64,000 bases of DNA from Nitrospirota bacterium (GTDB taxonomy: Bacteria; Nitrospirota; UBA9217). The stretch is from positions 640,001 through 704,000 of the forward strand of contig CAVTRN010000002.1 in assembly GCA_963737155.1 (NCBI GenBank). The letters run 5' to 3'. Numbering within the stretch: position 1 is the first letter of the stretch; each line of letters starts with the position of its first letter. Below the pieces are notes generated by a model. The model searched no databases. It was not told the origin of the DNA and saw only the letters and a list, made by a program, of their open reading frames with translations. Position numbers and translations under genes: made by a program. Positions 31,922 through 40,812 of this stretch are shown here, in pieces.

Positions 31922-32548
31922 ATGATGGATGATATTTTATTTGCAAAAGGGTTGGTTATCGGCTTTCTGATCGCTGTACCCGTGGGACCCATCGGCCTAC
32001 TGTGCTCGCGACGAACATTGACGCACGGCCGGATGACGGGTTTCCTCTCTGGCATGGGCGCATCTACGGCTGACGTACTCTACGGCTTTATCGCGGCTTT
32101 CGGTCTTACTTTCATATCAGACTTTCTCCACAGTAATCAGTTTTGGATAAGGCTTGCAGGCGGGGCGCTTTTGTGTTTCCTCGGCATCAAAACATACATC
32201 GAAAAACCAGAAGGGAAAGCCTATTTACCAGAATTAAATGAAAAAAAACGTATGGCCGTAATATATACATCCACGTTTCTCCTTACGCTTACGAATCCCA
32301 TGACCATTTTTTCCTTGGCTGCGGTTTTTGCCGGGTTCGGGATCTCAGGTACGAGGGGGAGCGTCCTCTCCGCGGGAGTTCTAATCCTGGGAGTGTTTCT
32401 GGGCTCGATGCTTTGGTGGTTGTTTCTTGTCGGGTTGTTTAGTTTATTCAAGAGAAGGTTCAAAAAACGCGAATTGCGATGGATCAACAGAATAGCGGGC
32501 GTGATTATTACGGCAAGCGGTTTGTTTGCGCTCGCCAGTCTGCTCTAA
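31922..32548 (+). CDS. LysE family translocator
   Basis: AVPVGPIG, GASTAD, LTLTNPMTI, GSMLWW, INRIAG; hydrophobic helices. Confidence 0.9.
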   Translation: MMDDILFAKGLVIGFLIAVPVGPIGLLCSRRTLTHGRMTGFLSGMGASTADVLYGFIAAFGLTFISDFLHSNQFWIRLAGGALLCFLGIKTYIEKPEGKAYLPELNEKKRMAVIYTSTFLLTLTNPMTIFSLAAVFAGFGISGTRGSVLSAGVLILGVFLGSMLWWLFLVGLFSLFKRRFKKRELRWINRIAGVIITASGLFALASLL

Positions 32549-32890
32549 ATGTATTGTGTTCCCGTCTGGTTAATATATTCAAAGCACCACGGAACAGGGA
32601 TTAAGAACACCAGCCAAAACTAAAAAGAGGTCAGCCGGGTTTTTTACCTCCGCCGACGAATGAACCTGCTGCGCAAGAAGAAAGATGGTGTCGATGAATC
32701 TGGGAAACAGAAAAACTTGCTCAGGAAGCTTGAGTCTGATTAGAACGTTATTTCGACACAGGAAGCTCTTATTTGCATTATTGAAGTGTGCCACTTTGAT
32801 TTTTCAATAATAATCTCGTTATGAAAAGCCAATTAGAATTTAGAAAATCCCTGCCGTATATTCGTTGAATTTTCTCCCGCGACCTTGCTT

Positions 32891-33964
32891 TTATCTTTTT
32901 CGGAGCAGATATGCATGGGCCGAGAGTCCCGCTCCGAAAGCAACCATGATGCACCATTCTCCTGAAGCAACACCTTGCACCTCAAGCTCTTGCAGCACGA
33001 ACCAGACGGTGGGCGATGACATGTTCCCGTACTTGGAAAGCACAGCACGCGTAGCAGAAACTTGTTCCTCCGACAGTCCGGGCTCGTCTCGGACGGCGTT
33101 TATGATTTTTTCTCCGCCATTGTGGAGGGCCCAGTGTTTGATATCGTTTGGTTTAAGCGAGCGCGGAACGAGGAGGTCGGCAACGACCTGTGCCGTAGCC
33201 TTACGGACCATGTCAGGTAGTCTGACCGAAAGTTGATTGTAAAGCTGTCCGTTTTTGTGGACGTAGCGGATTAATTCGCGCTCTTCCGGCACATACCGCC
33301 TTGCCGAGGCGACAAGCTCATAGCCTTGCGGCCTCGTCCATAGCACGGCGGCAGCAGCACCGTCTCCGAAAAGCGCGTTCGAGAGCAGGAGGCTGAGATC
33401 GTCATCCATCTGGAAAGTAGCGGTACAAATCTCTACGGATACACTTACGATGGCCATACCTTCCCGCTGTTGTAAGAGCGACTCGGAGATTTCGAGGTTG
33501 GGAATCGCCCCGCCACAACCGCTTCCGACCAGGTCGTACGCACGTACGCTGCGCGGGAGGCCAAGCCGCTCGATCAGATATGTTGAAATGCCAGGGCATA
33601 TATAACCCGTACACGTGTTCACGACCAGACCGGCCACCTCACCCTTGCCCAAGCCGGACTTTGCCAGCGCTTTTTCGATCGCCAGCGAAGAAAGTTCCAA
33701 TGACCAGTGCGTAAAACGTGCGATGCGCGCATCGGGGGCCTCATTGACAAGATTTTCAACATCGTCGATGGCGAAGTTACGCCGTTTGATACTCTGATGA
33801 GAGAAGAGCGTGCGGATAACCGACATGCTCAGCGGATTTAACCTCCCCTGATAATGCTTGCGCGCGAGCCGCCCAAGTTCCGCCTGGTCAAGGGTACAAG
33901 GAGGAGTCGCAACAGCCAATGACGCAATATGCGCCCTTGACGCGTTCGCATGCTCATCCATCAT
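32891..33964 (-). CDS. Type III polyketide synthase (chalcone/alkylresorcinol synthase-like)
   Basis: Cys-His-Asn triad: GSGCGG, WALHNGG, YGNMSS; also SVEICT, LFGDGAAA, AFGAG. Confidence 0.92.
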   Translation of the reverse strand: MMDEHANASRAHIASLAVATPPCTLDQAELGRLARKHYQGRLNPLSMSVIRTLFSHQSIKRRNFAIDDVENLVNEAPDARIARFTHWSLELSSLAIEKALAKSGLGKGEVAGLVVNTCTGYICPGISTYLIERLGLPRSVRAYDLVGSGCGGAIPNLEISESLLQQREGMAIVSVSVEICTATFQMDDDLSLLLSNALFGDGAAAAVLWTRPQGYELVASARRYVPEERELIRYVHKNGQLYNQLSVRLPDMVRKATAQVVADLLVPRSLKPNDIKHWALHNGGEKIINAVRDEPGLSEEQVSATRAVLSKYGNMSSPTVWFVLQELEVQGVASGEWCIMVAFGAGLSAHAYLLRKR

Positions 33965-34025
33965 ATCGCATTCCTTTCCATGATTCTGATTGATCAGAGG
34001 GGGAGAGACCTGCCCTTGTATTGCC

Positions 34026-35507
34026 TTATATTCGCATCCCCACTGATTTGAGCCCCCTTCGAATAAAACGCGTATAACGCCAGAGCGGTGGTTTAAGCCT
34101 CAGCCAATGTCCCAAGCGGCTTATATGGGGAAGATAGGAAAATGACAGCGATTCGCCGTTCATGAAGTTCATATGGCCGTTCAGGGATTGTTTCACCCGC
34201 GCCATGATCCAATCAGCGTCAACATCGGGAGAAACATAGAAGAGTGGCGCAAGCATACTGCCGGCAGGAAGGGAAAGCACGCCCTGATTGCGTGCGATGG
34301 TTTCCAGTTCGGTCCCTGGATATATGCGGATGCCGATGTTAAACAAAGCGGCATCCTGAGGCCTTATGAACTTCTCCGCGAAGTGCAGTGTTTCTCGCAC
34401 AGTATCACGTGTTTCACCCGGGCCACCGAGCAGGAAAATCCAAAGGCATGGCAGATGGTTGCGTTTTACGACTTCTGCTGCTGCATGAACGTCTCTCGAG
34501 GTAAAGCCTTTTCGAAGCCTCTTCAGGATCGGGTCGGATGCGCTTTCCACCGTAAGCCCCATTCCCACGAAGCCTGCCTGTTCCATAGCAAAGAGCAGAC
34601 GACTATCGAATGATGCCGGGCTCAGTTCGATGCTCTGAAGGCGCGCGCGGTTCTTTGAGCGAATAAGCGACTCACATACCGCAAGGGCATGGTCGTAGGG
34701 AGCATTGAAAACGTTATCAACGAATTCGATGTCGGTTAACCCCGCTGATGCATAACGAAGCGTGGCCTCGGCCACGCTCGCGGGGTCGCATAGCCGGTAG
34801 TCGTCGCCTTCGATCTTTTGGTAGGTGCAGTAGACACACCGAAATCGGCATCCCTGTTTTGTCTGAAGAGGGATCGTCGACAAATAGGAATGATAGGTCT
34901 TCATATTAACCCACCGACTATAATCAGGCCCTGCACAGGAATGCGCAGGACCATCTGCAGGGGTATTTGCACGGTATTTTCCACCCTCCAGGGATGCGAC
35001 ACCTGGCAGACCCTGCCATGGTTCCTTGCGAGCCAGTTTCGCGACCAAAGGGGGAAATATGGCTTCACCGTCTCCTATTACCGCACAGGAAACGCCTGTT
35101 GCGCGCATGATCTCCTCTGGCATGATCATGAGCGAAGCGCCTCCTAGGACAAGGTACGCATTGTTCGCGAACATGCGGATAGCATCAATGAGAGGGATGA
35201 GATCAACGATAAAATTCCGGGGAGCTACCATATCGATGTTGTCAATGTTCCGAACAGAAAGTCCTATGACATCGAACTTCGCCCTGTCGAGCACGGATTT
35301 AAGAGCACGGAGGGGGTTGGCGGCAAACATGAGGTCGAGAAACGATACCCTGTGTCCGGCCCGTTCAGCGGCTTCCGCGATCATGCAGACACCTGAAGGA
35401 AGGACAGGCACGGGATGGGCATTCCGGTTTGTACTGATGAGGAGAATATTCATGCTGCCGACAGCCGCAGGGTTTCCGCTCGGTGTCTTGTTATCCCCTC
35501 TACTCAT
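34026..35507 (-). CDS. B12-binding radical SAM protein (lipid-biosynthesis type)
   Basis: N-terminal cobalamin-binding Rossmann domain (ILLISTN…PVLPSG…GLSVRNID…GEA); CRFRCVYC motif; FVDNVFN, GGPGET, RIYPGT; overlaps the KS stop. Confidence 0.9.
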   Translation of the reverse strand: MSRGDNKTPSGNPAAVGSMNILLISTNRNAHPVPVLPSGVCMIAEAAERAGHRVSFLDLMFAANPLRALKSVLDRAKFDVIGLSVRNIDNIDMVAPRNFIVDLIPLIDAIRMFANNAYLVLGGASLMIMPEEIMRATGVSCAVIGDGEAIFPPLVAKLARKEPWQGLPGVASLEGGKYRANTPADGPAHSCAGPDYSRWVNMKTYHSYLSTIPLQTKQGCRFRCVYCTYQKIEGDDYRLCDPASVAEATLRYASAGLTDIEFVDNVFNAPYDHALAVCESLIRSKNRARLQSIELSPASFDSRLLFAMEQAGFVGMGLTVESASDPILKRLRKGFTSRDVHAAAEVVKRNHLPCLWIFLLGGPGETRDTVRETLHFAEKFIRPQDAALFNIGIRIYPGTELETIARNQGVLSLPAGSMLAPLFYVSPDVDADWIMARVKQSLNGHMNFMNGESLSFSYLPHISRLGHWLRLKPPLWRYTRFIRRGLKSVGMRI

Positions 35508-36732
35508 GTTTCTGCACGATCAGCACGGCGTTTGTTCCACCGAAGGCGAAAGAATTGGACATAGCCCTTCTCATATCAACTCCCGTTCTGGCTTTTCTGG
35601 GCACATAATCGAGATCGCATAGCGGGTCAGGCACCGCCAACGTTGCAGTAGGCGGTATAATCTGATTCTTAAGCGCGAGAACAGCAGCAACAAGCTCCAC
35701 GGCCCCGGCCGCTCCGAGGAGGTGTCCGTGCATGGACTTCGTGGAGCTGATTGGAATATCATAGGCCCGTGGGCCGAATACGTTCTTGATGGCCCGTGTT
35801 TCCACTTCATCATTGGCTATCGTGGCCGTTCCATGGGCGTTGATATAATCGATATGGCCAGGCCCCATCCTTGCCTCATCCAGGGCCGCCTGCATGGCAG
35901 ACGACTGGCCTACCATGGAGGGTTTCGTGATATGCTCTCCATCCGCGGAAGAACCGTAGCCAACTACCTCTCCGTAAATGCGGGCACCCCGCGTCATCGC
36001 CCGGTCCCATGATTCCAATACCAGGGCAGCAGCTCCCTCACCCAACACGAACCCTGTTCGGTCCTTGGAAAAAGGTCTGCAGGATGTCGATGGGTCTTCT
36101 GCTTCCAAGGCCAATGTCCCTATCGATTCCCAACTCATCATAATGCCGCAGGTAAGGAGCGATTCAGCGCCTCCGGCCAGCATGACATCGGTGTATCCGT
36201 GTTTGATCGATCGGAAGGCTTCTCCGATGGCGACTGATGAAGAGGAACATGCTGTGGAAAAGGTAAGACAGGGGCCTTTCAATCCATATTCGATGGAGAT
36301 GGCGGAAGCAGCAGCATTATTCATCACCATTACGATGGTGAGCGGATGCAGCCGCTTGACCTTGTGCTCAAAAAGCTGGACATAGGAGTCTTCAAGGGTT
36401 TTCGCTCCTCCCATACCTGTCCCAAGATAGACACCGGCACGCCTCTTGTTCTCCTCGGAAAGCTGTATCCCGGCGTCCTTCCAGGCCTGTGAGGCTGCGG
36501 CAAGGGCGAACTGGCTCACTCGGTCCAGCGTGCGGGCAATCTTTTTCGGGAAATGCTCCTCAACAATAAAATCCACCTCGGCGGCGATTCTTGTAGACAA
36601 CCGTTCCGAGAAGCACGAATGCATTCTCTTGATTCCCGATTTACCCGCTGCGATGCTGTCAAAAAATGTTTCACACGAATTCCCCAGCGGGGAAATAATG
36701 CCCATCCCTGTTATGGCTACCCGTCTCCTCAT
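35500..36732 (-). CDS. fabF: Beta-ketoacyl-ACP synthase (FabF-type KS)
   Basis: RRVAITGMG; catalytic STACSSS, NAHGTAT and KSMHGHLLGAAG; SNSFAFGGTN. Confidence 0.9.
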   Translation of the reverse strand: MRRRVAITGMGIISPLGNSCETFFDSIAAGKSGIKRMHSCFSERLSTRIAAEVDFIVEEHFPKKIARTLDRVSQFALAAASQAWKDAGIQLSEENKRRAGVYLGTGMGGAKTLEDSYVQLFEHKVKRLHPLTIVMVMNNAAASAISIEYGLKGPCLTFSTACSSSSVAIGEAFRSIKHGYTDVMLAGGAESLLTCGIMMSWESIGTLALEAEDPSTSCRPFSKDRTGFVLGEGAAALVLESWDRAMTRGARIYGEVVGYGSSADGEHITKPSMVGQSSAMQAALDEARMGPGHIDYINAHGTATIANDEVETRAIKNVFGPRAYDIPISSTKSMHGHLLGAAGAVELVAAVLALKNQIIPPTATLAVPDPLCDLDYVPRKARTGVDMRRAMSNSFAFGGTNAVLIVQKHE

Positions 36733-36748
36733 TTAGACGTCCTGGTGA

Positions 36749-36994
36749 TCATCTTGCCTTTTCTTGCTCGCGGAGCAAGCTTTCAATAACATTGATAATG
36801 TCCTGGATGGAATTAAGCGTAATTTCGCGATCGGGGATTTTAACATTGAATTCCTTTTCCAGGTCAAACAGAAATTCAATCTTGTCCAGCGAGTCGAGGC
36901 CTATGCTCTCGATTGTTGATTCCGGTTGGAGCATCTCGGCGGGAAAATCGTAGTTTTTTTGAAAAAGGCGTTTGACCCTTTCTAAGGTGCTCAC
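36749..36994 (-). CDS. Acyl carrier protein
   Basis: GLDSLD phosphopantetheine site; LEKEFNVKIPD; GTG start after GGGGAG. Confidence 0.9.
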   Translation of the reverse strand: MSTLERVKRLFQKNYDFPAEMLQPESTIESIGLDSLDKIEFLFDLEKEFNVKIPDREITLNSIQDIINVIESLLREQEKAR

Positions 36995-37041
36995 CGGTTT
37001 CTCCCCGTCATGAGAAAATATCAAAAGCAGAGTTCAATGAG

Positions 37042-38286
37042 TCAGAATTTTAGTTGCGTTTTTTTAAGACCCCACATCTCACCGGAATACATGTCGCCGA
37101 ATGCGTCCTCGTAGAGCTTAAGAAGCTCGGCGCGGTATGCCTCGTCGATTGTAACTGCCTTCCTTGCATACGAAGCGCACCAGCCGCAGGTTCCGCAGTC
37201 GGTCGAACGGCAGTTCCTATCCTTGAAGCCGGGGATGAAACCGGCCAATTTCCCGTTGTCGATATGAACGGGATCTCCCTCGAGAGGTGCAAGCATTCCA
37301 CGCCTGATGGTGAGGTCCTTAAGCTTCATGAGCTTCGACAGCCGGACCGTCTGCGGCCTGAACATATACTTCCACTTGTTAAATGGCCCTCTTGAGAGGG
37401 ACGCATCGCTTTTTTCTTTGTAGCCGAAAGGCTGTATGAGATCAAGGAGGTTCCCGTCGTACCGCCCCTCGGAGTAGGCTTTTATTCTTCTCATCAATAC
37501 GGGCGTGGGTGCGCCCCGTTCCAATACCTTGAAAGAGTCATAACCCATATCGAGATAAAGACCCAGATCCTCGGGCCTGATGAACTCGGAGCGCAGGTAC
37601 TGCATCGGATCTTTCAGCTTATCGTAGGAGCATTTCAACACGCACCAGTCTATCATGAATCCCCGTGTCGGGTGCCCCGTCTGCGATGCATGGGAGAGAT
37701 TCACCATATGCTGGCCCGAGAGAGGACAGAAAAGCTGGCAGTTTGCATTTACGATGAGCTGCAGCTCTATATTGAGTTTCCTCCGGAGAGCTGCGAGCAG
37801 TTCGAAGTCGCGGTTGACGCTCAGCGACTCAAGCGTTATGCAGTCCGCTCCGCCTTCCTCCCAGAACCTGGCCTTGACAATGCTGTCGACGCGGGCATAT
37901 ACGCCCACACGGACCTTAAGCCGCGGATGGCGCTTCTTTATTATTGGCAACAAAAAGGGAAGCGATATCGTTACGGCACTCACCCCCGCGCCCTCGATGT
38001 ATTCTAAGAGTGTCTCAATCTTTCTCTGCCCCTGCCTGGTGTACTCGAGGTTGTTCATGCATGCAGGATTGAGGAGATAATTGAATCCTATGCCTTTCGA
38101 TCGAGCCGTCTGGACATGGAGCTCAAACCGTTTGCGCGAGAGCGGCGGCAGCGCAAAGGATGCCCTACCGCCGCCAACCGGGTCGCATGACAGCTTTCCA
38201 AAGACCTCTGTCACCGGATAAACCGAAATGGCATCAAGGAGGCCGTCATCGAAATTGGTCGCGACCGACAGTCCGAATTTCTTCAT
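37042..38286 (-). CDS. Peptidase U32-family Fe-S protein (candidate O2-independent hydroxylase)
   Basis: Start MKKFGLSVATNFD just after the methyltransferase stop; FNYLLN, NRDF, LIVNANC-x3-C-x27-C-x3-C, FIRPEDL, FKVLER; extra C-terminal C-x4-C-x2-C-x2-C. Confidence 0.85.
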   Translation of the reverse strand: MKKFGLSVATNFDDGLLDAISVYPVTEVFGKLSCDPVGGGRASFALPPLSRKRFELHVQTARSKGIGFNYLLNPACMNNLEYTRQGQRKIETLLEYIEGAGVSAVTISLPFLLPIIKKRHPRLKVRVGVYARVDSIVKARFWEEGGADCITLESLSVNRDFELLAALRRKLNIELQLIVNANCQLFCPLSGQHMVNLSHASQTGHPTRGFMIDWCVLKCSYDKLKDPMQYLRSEFIRPEDLGLYLDMGYDSFKVLERGAPTPVLMRRIKAYSEGRYDGNLLDLIQPFGYKEKSDASLSRGPFNKWKYMFRPQTVRLSKLMKLKDLTIRRGMLAPLEGDPVHIDNGKLAGFIPGFKDRNCRSTDCGTCGWCASYARKAVTIDEAYRAELLKLYEDAFGDMYSGEMWGLKKTQLKF

Positions 38287-38287
38287 C

Positions 38288-39016
38288 TCAGCCCTTCCTC
38301 CCGGAGAGCACCATAAGCCAGAACGGTTCTGCTGCAACTTTGCAGCCGGTAAGACCCGCTTTTCCGGCCAGGGTCTCAAGCTCGGGAACCGTGAATGACC
38401 GGAGAACCGACAATGGCCCATCATGCCAGGTAATCCTATTCCTTGTAAAGAGCCTAGTAAGCATTGTGATGAGCGCCCATGCCACCCAGCTCCGTCTGAG
38501 ATCCAGGACAATATAACCGATGGCAGCTACTCTGCCTATTTCCTGCAGCAGCCTGAGCGTGGCCTCCTCATCGAAGTGGTGAAGAGTTTTGGCGCACAAT
38601 ACAACGTCGAAGCTTTCATTTTCGAACGGAAGCGAAAAGCAGTCGGCGACGGCAACAGTAATTTCAGGGTACCCCACAGTGAAAGCAGCTGCTTCGCGGA
38701 CTGCGATGGGGTTGTTATCAACGGCGGTTACGTTGATCCGAAGTCCCCTCTTGCGGGCCCATCTGACAATGGCGGCAGGAATATCGGCTGAGCCAGTCGC
38801 GATGTCCAGCACTCTGATCGATCTGGCTAGTGTTCCCGCATCAGCCTGTAAAAGGGACGAAAAGTGCTTGAGCGTCGTGCGATAATCGCCTAGAAAACGG
38901 TTGACTTTTCTTATGTCCGCAAGGCTTCCGGTATATTCGTGCAGGTTATCATTCTCAATGGGGAGGTCTATCAGCTCCGGGCTTCGCCTCCGCTCAGGCA
39001 ACAACGACATTATCAT
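38288..39016 (-). CDS. SAM-dependent methyltransferase of the type III PKS-associated family
   Basis: RRRSPELID…VNRFLG, VLDIATGSADIP, LHHF, DLRRS, HDGPLSV-RSFT-EL motifs. Confidence 0.85.
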   Translation of the reverse strand: MIMSLLPERRRSPELIDLPIENDNLHEYTGSLADIRKVNRFLGDYRTTLKHFSSLLQADAGTLARSIRVLDIATGSADIPAAIVRWARKRGLRINVTAVDNNPIAVREAAAFTVGYPEITVAVADCFSLPFENESFDVVLCAKTLHHFDEEATLRLLQEIGRVAAIGYIVLDLRRSWVAWALITMLTRLFTRNRITWHDGPLSVLRSFTVPELETLAGKAGLTGCKVAAEPFWLMVLSGRKG

Positions 39017-39081
39017 CGAAAGATCTTTCTCTGGAGGGTAGGCGATGCGGGATTGGTTCCTTGAGAATCATAATAGTACTA

Positions 39082-39090
39082 ATTATAGCA
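39082..39090 (-). promoter_or_regulatory. Extended -10 promoter element for the PKS operon
   Basis: TGCTATAAT (TGn-TATAAT) on the minus strand about 65 bp upstream of the first gene. Confidence 0.4.
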
Positions 39091-39788
39091 TGTACAAATT
39101 GTGATTTTTTCAGATCAAGGGGGACCACATACTTTTTTATCCGCATGACAATCAGCTAAGATTTCCTCATGCTGATTCTTATGCAAGCAGCTTTCAAAAT
39201 GGTGATTCGGCGGCTGAAATTGGGTTTCCTGTCCGAGAAGACGTGTTTGACTGAACAGGCGAATCCTGCGGTAATTAAAAAAGCCATAGTTCTAGCACTT
39301 GGCGTCATATCCCGCAGGTAAGCCAATCCGGTGAAATCGCAACGAACCTGAGTTCTTTATGGACAGATGCTGCGGATTTGGGGTTAACGTGTATCAGGTG
39401 CAAGGAAAGGTGACTGAGATAATTCCCCCGGCTCAAGGATCTGTGCTGTTTGTCACAAGAAGACGGCAAGGATAGAATTTTCATCTGCTTTCGGTATGGT
39501 ATACTGAAAATTAGTTGGCGCTGCTCGACTCTTGCAAAAAAGTACAACTACATTTCCAAGAGTGAGCATGCTGGAAACTAGGCAAGAACGTCAGGAAGAA
39601 CGGCGTGATTCGACGATTGTCTGAATAATAATAACCGATTAACGAACAGGATGTTGCTTCAAGGGGAAACGCAGATGTGCGAAACCACGCGCTTAACCGC
39701 ATATAGCAAGTTAATGGGATATATAAAAGTGTTTATATGCGCCACGCGGTCGGGTTATATGAATTTAAAAACAGCAGAGGGGAACGAT

Positions 39789-40739
39789 ATGAAACGGATG
39801 AAAGCAATGCCAACGATTGTTGTGATATTTGTTGCTGCTTTTTCTCTTTTACCAGCGTTTGCTGGAGCTGCCAATAATTCAGATCTGCTCGTTGATGCGG
39901 GGTGGCTTGCCGGCAAGCCTAACGTGGTTATAGTGGATGTAAGGGCCAGCGATGCGTACCTGAAGGTGCACATTGCCGGTGCGATAAACATAGACGTGAA
40001 TGACCTCCAGACCAAACCCGATGCTATCATGTTTCCTGTCGCCCGGGAGGAGAAGATACTCGGGGAGAAAGGCCTTGATATAAACAGCAATGTTGTTTTG
40101 TACGGTGCCGGGAGGGAAATGGCATATCTGGAATTCTGGATGTTTGATTATCTGGGGATGACCAAGATCCATATCTTAAACGGCGGTCTAGAAGAATGGA
40201 AGGGGGAGCTTTCAACCGAAGAGGTAAAACTTCCGTCTACCGTATTCAAAGCAAAACCCGATCCGTCAAGATATGCCACAACTACCTATGTTCGCGCGCA
40301 CCTCAGGAAGCCGGATGTCGTACTTCTTGACGCCCGTACTGCCGGTGAATATCAGGGGACGGATGTGAGGTCATTACGGGGCGGGCATATCCCCGGAGCT
40401 ATAAACTTGAATTATGCGGAGAACTTCCAGAACGACACGACGAATCTCAAATCCATTGAAGAATTAAAAAAGATGTATGCAAAAATAGACCCCAAAAAGG
40501 AGGTAGTTACTTATTGCCAAACTGGAACCAGGGCGGCAAATTCCTATTTTGTACTGCGAGAACTGGGTTTTCCGAAGGTCAGGGTCTATGATGCATCATG
40601 GATTGAATGGGGAAGTAACTCTAGCCTTCCCGCCGATGATGTGAGCTACTTTAATTTTGTTTCCGTCTTGAACTCAATTAAAGAACTGCAAAGGGAAATA
40701 ACGGATCTCGAAGAAAAGCAGGCTGCGGGCGTGAAATAA
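39789..40739 (+). CDS. Exported tandem-rhodanese sulfurtransferase
   Basis: Signal peptide (…AFSLLPAFAGA); two rhodanese domains (VDVR…HIAGA; LDAR…GHIPGA); active loop YCQTGTRA; YDASWIEW. Confidence 0.88.
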   Translation: MKRMKAMPTIVVIFVAAFSLLPAFAGAANNSDLLVDAGWLAGKPNVVIVDVRASDAYLKVHIAGAINIDVNDLQTKPDAIMFPVAREEKILGEKGLDINSNVVLYGAGREMAYLEFWMFDYLGMTKIHILNGGLEEWKGELSTEEVKLPSTVFKAKPDPSRYATTTYVRAHLRKPDVVLLDARTAGEYQGTDVRSLRGGHIPGAINLNYAENFQNDTTNLKSIEELKKMYAKIDPKKEVVTYCQTGTRAANSYFVLRELGFPKVRVYDASWIEWGSNSSLPADDVSYFNFVSVLNSIKELQREITDLEEKQAAGVK

Positions 40740-40812
40740 CAAAAAATGAAGCGGCTTGAATATTAGAAATTACGTCTCTCCCCGAGGATGGGGTTATCGT
40801 ACCTGTCGTTAA

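Noticed and set aside
38287-38511. 75-aa N-terminal extension of the U32 ORF in the ORF track
   Set aside because: It overlaps the methyltransferase gene; family-like sequence begins at the ATG at 38286.
39099-39118. Rex/FNR box upstream of the PKS operon
   Set aside because: TTGTGA half-site is present, but the spacing and second half-site do not fit either consensus.
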